Part shown: in pieces, positions 13,940-24,041 of the stretch | How the letters are laid out: each line of letters starts with the position of its first letter | How positions within the stretch are numbered: position 1 is the first letter of the stretch | Assembly: GCA_016302505.1 (NCBI GenBank) | Contig: JAEDNL010000001.1 | Span: 7,851 to 71,850, forward strand | Source of the DNA: Bacilli bacterium | GTDB taxonomy: Bacteria; Bacillota_I; Bacilli_A; RF39; UBA660 | Direction of reading: 5' to 3' | Length of the DNA stretch: 64,000 nt | Position numbers and translations under genes: made by a program | Notes under the pieces: generated by a model | The model's database searches: none | What the model saw: only the letters and a program-made list of their open reading frames with translations | Told to the model about the DNA's origin: nothing

Positions 13940-15161
13940 AGCTTTAATTATTGGAAATGATATAAATGCATATTATTTGGCGAGATGTTATCATGAATTT
14001 ACTGGAGAAAAAGCTGATTTACTTGCTAATTATATTGCTGGGGAAAAACCATTTTCATATACAAGATATACGAATATTTTAAACATTAGATATCGTGAAA
14101 ATCTATGGGATGAAAAAGTGTTTTTAGAGGAATTAGATTTGTATTTTAATGAACATAAGAAAGAAAAGATTTTACTTGTTAGTAGTAATGAGACTTACGG
14201 TGAGTTTATTGCTAAAAATAAAGCAAAGTTAAAAAAGAAATTTTTCTTTAATTATCCTAGTGTTAAGTTACAACATACTTTAGTAAATAAAGAGGATTTT
14301 TATAAGACTTATGCTGATTATGAAATAGATTTACCTAGATCAATTTATTATGATTGTACAAAGGATGAAAAAATAAATGAATGTGATATTACTTTTCCAG
14401 TAATTGTTAAACCAGCAAATGTAATTCTTTTTAAGCATATTAGTTTTGCTGGGAAAAAGAAAATTTACAAATTAGAAAATATGGAAGAACTTAATGATGT
14501 TATTAATAAGTTTAAAAAAGGAAATTATACTGATACGATAATTATTCAAGAGTATATTCCTGGAGATGATTCTCATTTGTTTGATGCTGTGGTTTATGCT
14601 GATAAAAATAAAAAAGTTAAGATGGTATCATTTGCTCAAATTGGCTTACAAGAACATGCACCAAGAATGATTGGTAACGCAGCGGTTATTATTAATGGGT
14701 ATTCTCAGTATCCAGGAGTAGAAGAGCAAATTGAAAAGATTAGAAAGTTTACTGAAAAAATTGGTTATCAGGGTTTTGCAGAATTTGATATGAAATATGA
14801 TGCAAGAGATGGTAAGTATAAAGTTATGGAGATTAATGCAAGACAGGGAAGATGTTCTTATTATATTGTGCCTGCTGGTTTTAATTTAATAGAGTTACTT
14901 TATAAAGATTTAATTGAAGGCAAAGATTTAAAATATAAAGTTTGCAATAAAGAAGTTTTAGAGACTTTTGTACCTAAAAAGGTTGTGAAAAAATACATAA
15001 CTAATGAAGAATATAAAGCAAAAGTATTATCTATGTGGAAAGATAGAGTTGAGGCTTTAAATTATAAAAAAGATACAAGTTTTTTAAGAAAATTATTATT
15101 AATTAAGATTAGATATAACTATATTAAAGATTATAAAAATTTTAAATGGGACTGGAAATAG
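13926..15161 (+). CDS. ATP-grasp family carboxylate-amine ligase (unknown substrate)
   Basis: PVIVKPAN, IIQEYIPGDD and EFDMKYDARDGKYKVMEINARQGR match ATP-grasp B/C-domain motifs. It overlaps alr by 14 nt. Confidence 0.7.
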   Translation: MKKFRALIIGNDINAYYLARCYHEFTGEKADLLANYIAGEKPFSYTRYTNILNIRYRENLWDEKVFLEELDLYFNEHKKEKILLVSSNETYGEFIAKNKAKLKKKFFFNYPSVKLQHTLVNKEDFYKTYADYEIDLPRSIYYDCTKDEKINECDITFPVIVKPANVILFKHISFAGKKKIYKLENMEELNDVINKFKKGNYTDTIIIQEYIPGDDSHLFDAVVYADKNKKVKMVSFAQIGLQEHAPRMIGNAAVIINGYSQYPGVEEQIEKIRKFTEKIGYQGFAEFDMKYDARDGKYKVMEINARQGRCSYYIVPAGFNLIELLYKDLIEGKDLKYKVCNKEVLETFVPKKVVKKYITNEEYKAKVLSMWKDRVEALNYKKDTSFLRKLLLIKIRYNYIKDYKNFKWDWK

Positions 15162-15173
15162 TTCCTTTTTTTT
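15148..15173 (+). terminator. Terminator after the ATP-grasp gene
   Basis: GGGACT-GGAAAT-AGTTCC (one G-U pair) followed by T8. Confidence 0.55.
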
Positions 15174-15196
15174 GCTTGCTTGTAGGTTTATAATTT

Positions 15197-15556
15197 TTGA
15201 TTTTGGGAATAATAATAGTGATGATGTTTATGAAGAAGTTTACTATTTTCTTTTTTTTATTAAATTTATGTGGAGTGGTTATTGCCAAGGGGATAAATCA
15301 GTCCTATGCGTTTGATAATAGTTATGTTGATTATCCAGTAGGAGTAACTACTTTAAATGGGATAAATTATATTAATAGTAATAATGTACTTAAAGTTTGT
15401 TCTTATGAATATTGCTATGATTATAAGGGTGGCGAAATGCAAGCGTATTTAAAGAATTTTGCTGTTTATTTAGATTCTGTGTATGATGATGATTATAAGA
15501 TTTTAGTCTATTTTAAGGGGTATCCGATTACAAAAATATACTACGCTAAAGATTAA
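15197..15556 (+). CDS. Small secreted/membrane-anchored hypothetical protein
   Basis: It has an N-terminal hydrophobic signal-like segment (KKFTIFFFLLNLCGVVIA). The true start is probably an internal Met. Confidence 0.5.
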   Translation: MILGIIIVMMFMKKFTIFFFLLNLCGVVIAKGINQSYAFDNSYVDYPVGVTTLNGINYINSNNVLKVCSYEYCYDYKGGEMQAYLKNFAVYLDSVYDDDYKILVYFKGYPITKIYYAKD

Positions 15557-16937
15557 TAATTTCTATGTAGTCTTTACCGTATTTTTTTATTTCTTTGATA
15601 AATACGGATTCATTGTTGTTGGGAACTACTAAGTAAGTGTAATTTTTGGAACGAGTTAGGGCGACATAAAATAGTCGTCTTTCTTCTTCGTCTTTAAAAG
15701 TATCACCTTTTATAATTTTATCTAATAATTTAGGGTTAGGGATTCTGCTAGGCAAACTGTTTGATTTATTTTCAAGGTTTACTATGATAGTATTGTCAAA
15801 TTCTAAACCTTTTGATTTGTGAATGGTTAAAAAGCGAATGTTTTCAGTTTCTTCTATGAAGAACTTTTCTTTATCTTTATTATTTCTACCCATTATTAAT
15901 ATTGAGCCTTCAAGAGTGTTTACTATTTTGTTAATAATATTTTTGGAGTTTTTATAGTAAACTATTTTGATTGGTTTAGTAAGATTTTTTTGGCAAATAG
16001 TATTTTTAGGAATTTGATGTTTATTTTGCATGATGAATTTATTAGCTAGGTTTATAGTTTCTTGGTTGTTACGATAATTTTGTACTAGTTTTAATATGTG
16101 AATTGTTGGAATGTACTTTTTTATATTAAGAAATATGTTTAAATCTAGACCACTAAAACGATAGATGGATTGATAGTCGTCACCAACAAAGAATACTCTA
16201 GCATTATTCGCTTTTTTAATTGATAGAATTAAATTTAATCTGGTGTAAGAAGTGTCTTGAAATTCGTCAATAATAATAAATTTATAGGGTACACTTTTAG
16301 ATTTGTTTTCTATTTGTTGTTGTGCGTTAATTATTAAATCATTAAAATCGTGAGTGCCAGAAGATGATAATTCGTTTTGATAGATTAAGTAAATCTCTAT
16401 TATTATTTTTAAATAATCTTTATTTATAAAGTGAGATTTTTGATATAGAACATAAAGACTGTCAATGGAAGAATAATTGGCTTTATATAGATTTATAAAT
16501 GTTTTGATGTAGTTTTTAAGTTCATAAATGGGTGTTTCTATTTTAATTCTTTGAAGAGATTTATATGTATTTTTATTACTTTTAGCGTAACTTTCAAAAT
16601 ATTCGTTTATTATAAAGTTTAGCAAGTATTCGTTTGCTAATGTAAAGTTTTCATCTTTGATGATATTCATAGCTAGTTTATGAAATGTAAATATATCAAT
16701 GTTTTTTTCGCATTTTTTCTTAATATCGTTAACGGATTCGTTGGTAAATGATATTACTAGTATGTCTTTTTCTTTGTAGATGTTGTTTGCTAATAAGTAG
16801 TTAATTTTATTAATTATGGTAAATGTTTTTCCGGAGCCAGCGCCAGCGATTAGGAGGGTGTCATCTAGACTTTGGACGGCTTTAATTTGTTCTTCATTCA
16901 TGTTTGTTAATATATAAAATGATTTTGTTTTTGTCAA
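15546..16937 (-). CDS. Short UvrD/Rep/PcrA-family (SF1) helicase
   Basis: AGAGSGKT (motif I), IIIDEFQDTS (II), GDDYQSIYRFSG (III), TIHKSKGLEFD (V/VI), FYVALTRSK. Confidence 0.8.
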   Translation of the reverse strand: MTKTKSFYILTNMNEEQIKAVQSLDDTLLIAGAGSGKTFTIINKINYLLANNIYKEKDILVISFTNESVNDIKKKCEKNIDIFTFHKLAMNIIKDENFTLANEYLLNFIINEYFESYAKSNKNTYKSLQRIKIETPIYELKNYIKTFINLYKANYSSIDSLYVLYQKSHFINKDYLKIIIEIYLIYQNELSSSGTHDFNDLIINAQQQIENKSKSVPYKFIIIDEFQDTSYTRLNLILSIKKANNARVFFVGDDYQSIYRFSGLDLNIFLNIKKYIPTIHILKLVQNYRNNQETINLANKFIMQNKHQIPKNTICQKNLTKPIKIVYYKNSKNIINKIVNTLEGSILIMGRNNKDKEKFFIEETENIRFLTIHKSKGLEFDNTIIVNLENKSNSLPSRIPNPKLLDKIIKGDTFKDEEERRLFYVALTRSKNYTYLVVPNNNESVFIKEIKKYGKDYIEIINL

Positions 16938-16949
16938 TAAAAAAGAACA

Positions 16950-19900
16950 TTAATCTATTTTAGTTAATGTTCTTGTAGTAAGTGAATATAGGTAGGTGAA
17001 TGTTTTTTTGTGGGTTTTAGACTCTATAAAACTTTTGTAACCTTCTAATTGCTTTTTGTAAGCTGGATCATCTGTATGTTTTAATTTATAATCTATTATG
17101 TCAATGTGATCGTCATATTCTAACATAAGATCAATAACACCGACTTTTTCTTCATTTTCTTTAATATCTATAAATTCGTATTCTTGATATATTTTTGCAT
17201 TCTTTATATTTGAGAAAATGCTGTTTTTCAATAAATTAGAAAGAATACTTTTTTCATTGTCATTTAATATATTGTAATTAGGTTCTTTAAGATTTATGTT
17301 TTCAAGTATGTAGTGAAGCTTTGTACCAAATTTCATATTTTCTTTTTCTTCATTAGTAATTAATTTATTTTCTTCTTTTGAAAAATGATTTTCTTTTAAA
17401 GTTTCTTTAGCAAGTTCTTTTTCTTCTACATTTATTATTTCTTTACTATTATTTAAGTCATTTAGGTTAATATTTTTTGCTATTTTATATTCATTGTTAA
17501 TTAAAGGTATTGGTATATTTGTTATGTATTTTTCAATGTATGTATAGACAGAATTTAAGATATCTTTAAATGATTTATATTTCATTCTATCTAGATCATC
17601 TATGACGTTTGAACTGTTTGTGATGTAAAATTTATCATTGTCCAAACTTGTTACAATAATCATTTTTTCTTTTGCTCTTGTTAAGGCAACGTATAGTAAT
17701 CTAATTTTTTCAGAAATTTCGTTTTTGACATTATCTTCTTTAAATATTGTTTTAATAAATGTATTAGAGAATCCTTCGTTGTAGCTTGGCATAATTAAGC
17801 CGTAAGCGTTACTATATAAAATTTTATCTTTCATGTCTTGTAAATTAAATTCTTTGTGAAAACCTGAAAAATAACAAATTTTGTATTCTAAGCCTTTTGA
17901 TTTATGAATATTTGTAATTGTTACAGAATTAGAATCACTTATGATTGCGGGAAGTTTTATTACTTCTTGATTTTCCATTAAATTTTCAAAAAATTCTTTC
18001 ATATCATAGATGTTCATACCAACGTCATTTAAATTTTTGGCTTTGTTTAGTAGATTATTTAAAATGATGGTTCTGTAATTAAGATTTCCAACAGTTATCA
18101 TTTTATTATAGAAATTAAATTCGTTTATTATAGTTTCTATGATTTCGTAGTTACTCATGCTATCTATGTTTTTACTAATTTCAAGACACTTTTGGTAGAT
18201 ATTGGTTTCTTTGATTTTATTATTTGTTATTGTTTGATAGATTGTTTTATCTTCTATACTATACAAATAACTTCTTGCGATGCTGGTATAATAAAATTTG
18301 TTGGATGTACTATTGACTTCTTTTTTTATATTTATTATTAAGCCTAGTATGTTGTTTATTAAACACACTTCATCAGTAAATAGAATGTCTTCATCTTTAT
18401 AAATATTTAGTGGAATTTGCAAGTAGTCAAATATTTTTTTGTAGATGTCAAAACTACTGGTTCTATCCATTAATATGCAAAAGTCTTTATAAGTAATATC
18501 TCTTTGAGTTTCCTCATCTAGCACTTGATATTTTGCATTAATTTTATCTTTTATGTCATTACCAATGATAAATGCTTCTATTTCTTCTTTAGTGTGATCT
18601 TTATCTTTTTCATAATTATAGATTTCTAAGTTATTATTATATTTATTACTTCCAAAAATATAAAATCCTTGATTTCCAAAAATAAGTTTATGTTCTTTTT
18701 GATAATTTGCATTACCGATAAAGTCGTCCATTATGTGATTGAATATTTCATTTATGCTGTCTAGGACTTGCTCTCTTGAACGAAAGTTTTTATTTAAGTC
18801 TATTTTTATACCACCATCATTGTTTTTATATTTGTTATATTTTATTTTGAAAATATCTGGATTAGCGTTACGGAAACGATATATAGATTGTTTAACGTCA
18901 CCAACCATATAGACATTATTATTTTCAATAAGTGATATAAATGTTTCTTGCATGTCACTGGTATCTTGGTATTCATCTATCATAATTTCTTTAAAAGAGT
19001 TTTTTAAATTTTCTCTAACCAATTCATTACTTTTTATTAATTTAATAGCTAATTTACTTATATCATTAAATTCAAACATATTTTTTGAATATTTATAATT
19101 TTCAGTTTTTTGATGCAATTCCTTAATTATTTCAATGATGATACTAGCATCATTTTTAGTGCTTTTTAAGTTATTTAAAAGAGCTTCTTTATTGTAGTAA
19201 CATAACTCTTTAATTGATTCGGAAATTTCACTTATTTGTGTTTTATAATATTTAGCTTTTTCAGTAGAGCCATTGGGTAGTCTTGGCATTGTGAAATTTA
19301 TAGATGATCTAATTTCATCATAAGAAGTAGATTTAATTAAGGGTGATAAAACAGTATAAAATTTTTGATAGGCTTTTTCTTCAATTTCATAACCCATATT
19401 TTCTAGGCTGTTTTTGATAGAATTTACTTTATTTAGTATAAGGGATTCATAGGATTTAAATAGCGAGTTTAGATTATCTTCACTATAATAATTTTCAATA
19501 TAATTGGAAATGTATTCTTCTTTATTAATTATTAAATCTAGGGAACTATCTAAAGATAAGATTTTTTTTCTAAGAATTTTATCGTTTTTTATGCAGTATT
19601 TGGTAACAAAGTTAATAAAGTTTTGATTGTTTTCTTGGTATTTGCTTACAAATATCTGGTCAATTATCTTTTGTTTTTCTAATTTGATAATTGATGAGTC
19701 TATGATGCTTAGTCCAGCGTCTAAGTTTAGATAGTAATGATATTTTTTTACAAGCGATAATACGTAGGCATCAAAAGTTGTGATACTAGCACTTTCAATC
19801 AGATTCATTTCTTCTGATAATTCAGGAATTTTGCTGATTGCTTTTTTTATTCTTTCTTTCATTTCGGCAGCGGCATTGTTAGTAAATGTTAGTATTAATA

Positions 19901-20048
19901 ATTCATTAATATGAGTGCCATTTTTTAATTTTGTAATTACACGCTCGGTTAATACAGCAGTTTTTCCAGAACCAGCACCGGCAGAAATAATAATGTTACT
20001 TCCTTCAGTATTAATTGCTAATTCTTGTTCTTTTGTCCATTTAGGCAT
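16950..20048 (-). CDS. addA: ATP-dependent helicase/nuclease AddA (RexA)
   Basis: PKWTKEQELAI...AGAGSGKT, IMIDEYQDTS, VGDVKQSIYRFR, NIHKSKGLEY, LLYVALTRAK. The C-terminal RecB-type nuclease is GVIDLMLEYDDHIDIIDYK. Start is ATG 20048, after GAGGTGA. Confidence 0.9.
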   Translation of the reverse strand: MPKWTKEQELAINTEGSNIIISAGAGSGKTAVLTERVITKLKNGTHINELLILTFTNNAAAEMKERIKKAISKIPELSEEMNLIESASITTFDAYVLSLVKKYHYYLNLDAGLSIIDSSIIKLEKQKIIDQIFVSKYQENNQNFINFVTKYCIKNDKILRKKILSLDSSLDLIINKEEYISNYIENYYSEDNLNSLFKSYESLILNKVNSIKNSLENMGYEIEEKAYQKFYTVLSPLIKSTSYDEIRSSINFTMPRLPNGSTEKAKYYKTQISEISESIKELCYYNKEALLNNLKSTKNDASIIIEIIKELHQKTENYKYSKNMFEFNDISKLAIKLIKSNELVRENLKNSFKEIMIDEYQDTSDMQETFISLIENNNVYMVGDVKQSIYRFRNANPDIFKIKYNKYKNNDGGIKIDLNKNFRSREQVLDSINEIFNHIMDDFIGNANYQKEHKLIFGNQGFYIFGSNKYNNNLEIYNYEKDKDHTKEEIEAFIIGNDIKDKINAKYQVLDEETQRDITYKDFCILMDRTSSFDIYKKIFDYLQIPLNIYKDEDILFTDEVCLINNILGLIINIKKEVNSTSNKFYYTSIARSYLYSIEDKTIYQTITNNKIKETNIYQKCLEISKNIDSMSNYEIIETIINEFNFYNKMITVGNLNYRTIILNNLLNKAKNLNDVGMNIYDMKEFFENLMENQEVIKLPAIISDSNSVTITNIHKSKGLEYKICYFSGFHKEFNLQDMKDKILYSNAYGLIMPSYNEGFSNTFIKTIFKEDNVKNEISEKIRLLYVALTRAKEKMIIVTSLDNDKFYITNSSNVIDDLDRMKYKSFKDILNSVYTYIEKYITNIPIPLINNEYKIAKNINLNDLNNSKEIINVEEKELAKETLKENHFSKEENKLITNEEKENMKFGTKLHYILENINLKEPNYNILNDNEKSILSNLLKNSIFSNIKNAKIYQEYEFIDIKENEEKVGVIDLMLEYDDHIDIIDYKLKHTDDPAYKKQLEGYKSFIESKTHKKTFTYLYSLTTRTLTKID

Positions 20049-22326
20049 TATTATCACCTCTTAAAAATTCTAATTTATCATCAGGATAAATATATTTATT
20101 GTCTTTTTCAGTTTTAAAGCAGATACTTTGATATTTGCAAAATTTACAACTAATGTTATCTGTACCTTTTATTTTGGGTTCTATTTTAAAATTAGCTTTG
20201 TTTATGTTATAAATCATTTCATTTATTTTTTCTTCAGCAAAGGCACCTAAATCATTAAATTCTTTTTCTGTAAGTAGTTTAGCAAATCTGCTGAAGCCGT
20301 TTTGAGTAAGCGATAAGCTTTTGATGTACTTGCTATTTTCATAAGTTGGGTCAAATTCACTTATTAAAGTTTCATTACCAAGGGTGTATCCATTTAATTT
20401 TAAATGGTCGTCTATTTGATCTAGTTTTGTTTTGTCAGGAATGTAGTTAATTATTGGACTTATGATATTTTGTAAGTAAATACCTACTATTTGAGATTTT
20501 GGATATAAGTATTTTATTAAATAAATATAAATTGGTAATTGGAGTTTTAAGCCGTATGGTGCTAGTCTTAAATCAATATCAGTTTCTCCAGTTTTATAGT
20601 CAATTATGACAATTTTATCGTCGTATTTCATTATTTTATCAATAATACCAGTAAATTTAATCTTACTATTTTGAATTTCAATATTTTTTTCGCATTCTAT
20701 TTCTTGGTAATTTGTTAAATTTAAATGAGTGTTAATGTGACTTATTACATGTTTGAGTTCTAAGAGTATTTTTTCCATAAATATTTTATTTTCTCCTGTA
20801 AGCTCATAAGGGTTTTCTTGAAGATAATTTTCTTTGCATTTTTCAAAATCAAAATTCTTATTAAACATATTTTGTAAGATGTAATGACACAGTGAGCCAA
20901 TGTAGGCATCAAAAGTTTGTTGATAATCATCTAGTTTTAAAATATATGAGCAGTAATATTTAAATGGACATTCATAAAATGCATTTAATTTAGTGTATGA
21001 TAAATTTAGAGAGTTATATTGAAAGTCTATATTATGATAAGTGTTATCGTAAGTCATATACTTATTGTTTTGGTAAGTATTTAGTAGTAACGGTATTTGG
21101 CTATTATAGCTTCCATACTTAACGTATTCATCAAGAAGAACACCTAAATTATAGATGTTATTACTGTTTGAAAAATTACTTGGTTCATAACTTTTTTTAA
21201 CAACGTCTAGTTTGAGTTCTTCAATAAGGGGGGAGGTTTTTGTCCCACCTTTAAGGTTTTGTTTTGAACTTGTAATAATTAAATTTTTGGTATTTTTTAA
21301 GATGTTTTTCCAAATAAAGAATTCATTATTGTTTTTTTCATAAGTTTTTTCTAAATAAGACAATTTTTCACTATCTGAAATATAGTCTTCATCTTTATAG
21401 TTGTGTGGTATAGTTTCTTTGTTTAGGTTTATTAAATAAATAGTATCTTCATCTGATGGAATGTCATTTTTTAAATCTATTTCACTAATTGCGTTTTTAT
21501 ATTTTTGTTTTTTGATTTTAGTAATTTTAAATTCTTCTTTTAGAATATCACGAATTTCTTCTATATTTTTAACAAAACTATATTTGTTTAAAACTTTTAT
21601 AATGCTATTTTTGATTTCTTCATTTTTGATATTTTCTAAATTTAATTCTTGTAAAAATTTTAAGCCTTCTGTGGTTTCGTACAGAGTTTTTGCTTCATTT
21701 AGGTTGATTACAAGATGATAATTTTTAAATATTCTTTTAATTGTAGAGATATTATCATTATTTATATTTGCAAGGTATACTTTATTTAAGTCTAAATTTT
21801 TACTTATTATGTCATTGGCAATAAAATTAATTTCATTATCTAAATTTGAAAACTCATAAACTGGATGTGTATATTCATTTTCTTTTAGAGGTATTATCTC
21901 TACGTTTGAATATTTTTTTAGTATTTCAATTATGTGATTTGTCCATTTATCAATGTGGATAAAACCATAGATATTAACATTTTTATTTTGTATAGCATTT
22001 TTAAATAGATTATCTTCTTTTAATAATTTTTTTTCTAAAAGTTCATTTTTTAAAGTTACTAAATTATTTAATTTTTGATTTTGATAATCTTTATTTTCTA
22101 TATAATACATATTTGTAAGTAGTTCTTTTGCATTTTTATATGTGTAATTTTTTTCTTTAACTAAATAGTATATAGCTTGCTCATCATAATCAAAAAATAT
22201 TTTCTTTTGAACTTCATTAATAGTTAAGATTTTATAATTATATAGTTTGTTTTCTTGGCTTAATTGTTTGATTAGTCTTTTTTTATAGTTTTGAGGAACT
22301 ATTAAGTAATCTGCGATTATTTCCAT
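20041..22326 (-). CDS. addB: AddB/RexB-type helicase-nuclease subunit, short form (761 aa) without a Walker A motif
   Basis: C-terminal nuclease GIIDKIMKYDDKIVIIDYKTG. Fe-S cysteines at YECPFKYYC ... CKFCKYQSIC. It overlaps addA. Confidence 0.8.
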   Translation of the reverse strand: MEIIADYLIVPQNYKKRLIKQLSQENKLYNYKILTINEVQKKIFFDYDEQAIYYLVKEKNYTYKNAKELLTNMYYIENKDYQNQKLNNLVTLKNELLEKKLLKEDNLFKNAIQNKNVNIYGFIHIDKWTNHIIEILKKYSNVEIIPLKENEYTHPVYEFSNLDNEINFIANDIISKNLDLNKVYLANINNDNISTIKRIFKNYHLVINLNEAKTLYETTEGLKFLQELNLENIKNEEIKNSIIKVLNKYSFVKNIEEIRDILKEEFKITKIKKQKYKNAISEIDLKNDIPSDEDTIYLINLNKETIPHNYKDEDYISDSEKLSYLEKTYEKNNNEFFIWKNILKNTKNLIITSSKQNLKGGTKTSPLIEELKLDVVKKSYEPSNFSNSNNIYNLGVLLDEYVKYGSYNSQIPLLLNTYQNNKYMTYDNTYHNIDFQYNSLNLSYTKLNAFYECPFKYYCSYILKLDDYQQTFDAYIGSLCHYILQNMFNKNFDFEKCKENYLQENPYELTGENKIFMEKILLELKHVISHINTHLNLTNYQEIECEKNIEIQNSKIKFTGIIDKIMKYDDKIVIIDYKTGETDIDLRLAPYGLKLQLPIYIYLIKYLYPKSQIVGIYLQNIISPIINYIPDKTKLDQIDDHLKLNGYTLGNETLISEFDPTYENSKYIKSLSLTQNGFSRFAKLLTEKEFNDLGAFAEEKINEMIYNINKANFKIEPKIKGTDNISCKFCKYQSICFKTEKDNKYIYPDDKLEFLRGDNNA

Positions 22327-22652
22327 TTTATCACCAATATAATTATATCATGAAGCTATATAGAGTTCTAATAAAATTCATAATTTTTCGTACATTTGTA
22401 TAACTTTTTTAAATTTTAATATATTATGTAAAGCTGGTAAGTTTTAAAGTTTGTCTTCTTATTTTCAACTTTTCATGTGTTATAATTCTTATAGATAGAA
22501 TAGGTGAGAATTAGTGATTTTATGCAAGATGTTAACTATCGTTGACAAAGTTCCTGTGTAAGTTGCTAGACTTACTTGAACGGAAATGATATTATTGAGC
22601 CATTAAATTTGATTCCGAATTTAATATCAAAAAATGTAGAAGGAGTGTTTAT

Positions 22653-23411
22653 ATGAAATTTGAAGAAAAGATGATGTTATTGCGAAAAAAAAGCATGTTA
22701 TCCCAAGAACAATTAGCAGAAAAATTAGATGTAACAAGACAAACAGTTTCTAAATGGGAATTAGGACAGTCAAAGCCAGATATGGATAAACTAACATCAA
22801 TGAGTAAACTTTTTAATGTAAGTATTGATGTTCTTACTAATGATGATGAAATTATTGATAGTGATACATCAGTAAAAAATGAAGAAAAATCCAAACTGGG
22901 AGGTAGTGTAGTGAAAAGAAAATATGTTTTGTATATTTTAATTGCTATTTTAATAGCTGCATCAACAACTTTAGCAGTTAGAATAGGTAATAGTATTAAA
23001 GCAGAAAATGAAAAAAGAGCACAAGAAGAACAAGCTATTAAAGATGATATAAAACGTCGTCAAGAAGAAATAGATAAAAAAATTCAAGATACTCAGAAAA
23101 AAAATGAAGATATGAAAAAAGAAAATGAGAAAGCAAGTTTTAATAGAACATATGAAATTGCTGCTGGAACTGCTTCTAAATCAAGAGTATCTTGGACTTT
23201 AGATGATGTTATGACTAATAATAAGAAAAATAGTGATAGATTAATTGAGGTAATTTTTAATGAAACTTCTTATGGTACTTCATCAAATGAAATAGTTAAG
23301 ATTAAAAGTTTATTAAAAAATTTTGAAGGATATAAGATAGTTAATTATGAAGTATCTTTTGATTATAGCGAAGATGGCTATATAAATAAGATGACTATTA
23401 AGGAACAGTAA
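22653..23411 (+). CDS. Membrane-anchored XRE-family HTH protein
   Basis: N-terminal HTH_3 (LSQEQLAEKLDVTRQTVSKWELGQSKP), one TM segment (YVLYILIAILIAASTTLAV), then a coiled-coil and an extracellular domain. Confidence 0.75.
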   Translation: MKFEEKMMLLRKKSMLSQEQLAEKLDVTRQTVSKWELGQSKPDMDKLTSMSKLFNVSIDVLTNDDEIIDSDTSVKNEEKSKLGGSVVKRKYVLYILIAILIAASTTLAVRIGNSIKAENEKRAQEEQAIKDDIKRRQEEIDKKIQDTQKKNEDMKKENEKASFNRTYEIAAGTASKSRVSWTLDDVMTNNKKNSDRLIEVIFNETSYGTSSNEIVKIKSLLKNFEGYKIVNYEVSFDYSEDGYINKMTIKEQ

Positions 23412-23423
23412 GGGGGAATAGAA

Positions 23424-23963
23424 ATGATATTTAACATATGTTTAGTAATAGTAATAATTTTAACATTAGTAATGATTTTGGGGTATAATCGCTTTATAAA
23501 AGCAAATAATGCAGTTAAGGAGTCTACTTCAGCTATTGATGTATTATTAAAACAAAGATTTGATTTGTTACCTAATATAATAGAATGTGTAAAGGGATAT
23601 GCAAAACATGAAAAAACTACTTTAGAAGAATTAGTAAAATTAAGAAATAGTTATAATAGTAATGGATTTAGTGTTTCTGAGGCTGAAAAAATAGATAAAA
23701 AATTTGTACCTATTATGGCACTTGCTGAAAACTATCCGGAGCTAAAAGCTAATGAACAATACTTAAGTTTACAAAATAATTTAGTAGAAATAGAAAACAA
23801 AATTAATGATGCAAGACTTCAATATAATAGTAGGGTTACAACATTTAATAATTTAGTTGAATCAGTACCTTCAAATATAGTTGCAAAAACTTTTGGTTTT
23901 GAAAAGCAAGAATTATTTAAAGCTAATGAAGATGAAAAGCAAAATATCAAAGTTAGTTTATAA
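23424..23963 (+). CDS. lemA: LemA family protein
   Basis: N-terminal TM plus YNRFIKANNAVKESTSAIDVLLKQRFDLLPNIIECVKGYAKHEKTTLEELVKLRN, which is the LemA core. Confidence 0.85.
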   Translation: MIFNICLVIVIILTLVMILGYNRFIKANNAVKESTSAIDVLLKQRFDLLPNIIECVKGYAKHEKTTLEELVKLRNSYNSNGFSVSEAEKIDKKFVPIMALAENYPELKANEQYLSLQNNLVEIENKINDARLQYNSRVTTFNNLVESVPSNIVAKTFGFEKQELFKANEDEKQNIKVSL

Positions 23964-23964
23964 G

Positions 23965-23990
23965 GAATAGAGAGATCTATTCTTTTTTTT
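23965..23990 (+). terminator. Terminator after lemA
   Basis: GAATAGA-GAGA-TCTATTC followed by T8. Confidence 0.7.
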
Positions 23991-23994
23991 GTAT

Positions 23995-24037
23995 TTGAAA
24001 AAGACTATAAACAAGATTTTGCTTTGCTTATAGTCTT
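23995..24037 (-). terminator. Terminator of the minus-strand VanY operon
   Basis: 10-bp stem AAGACTATAA/TTATAGTCTT (24001-24010/24028-24037), followed on the minus strand by TTTC. Confidence 0.6.
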
Positions 24038-24041
24038 AGTA

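Noticed and set aside
22327-22652. Riboswitch or other structured leader in the 325-nt gap between addB and the XRE-TM gene
   Set aside because: There is a plausible extended -10 (TGTTATAAT, about 22477-22485) that would give a ~160-nt 5' UTR. I found only short AT-rich stems and no recognisable riboswitch core, so the evidence is not enough for a call.
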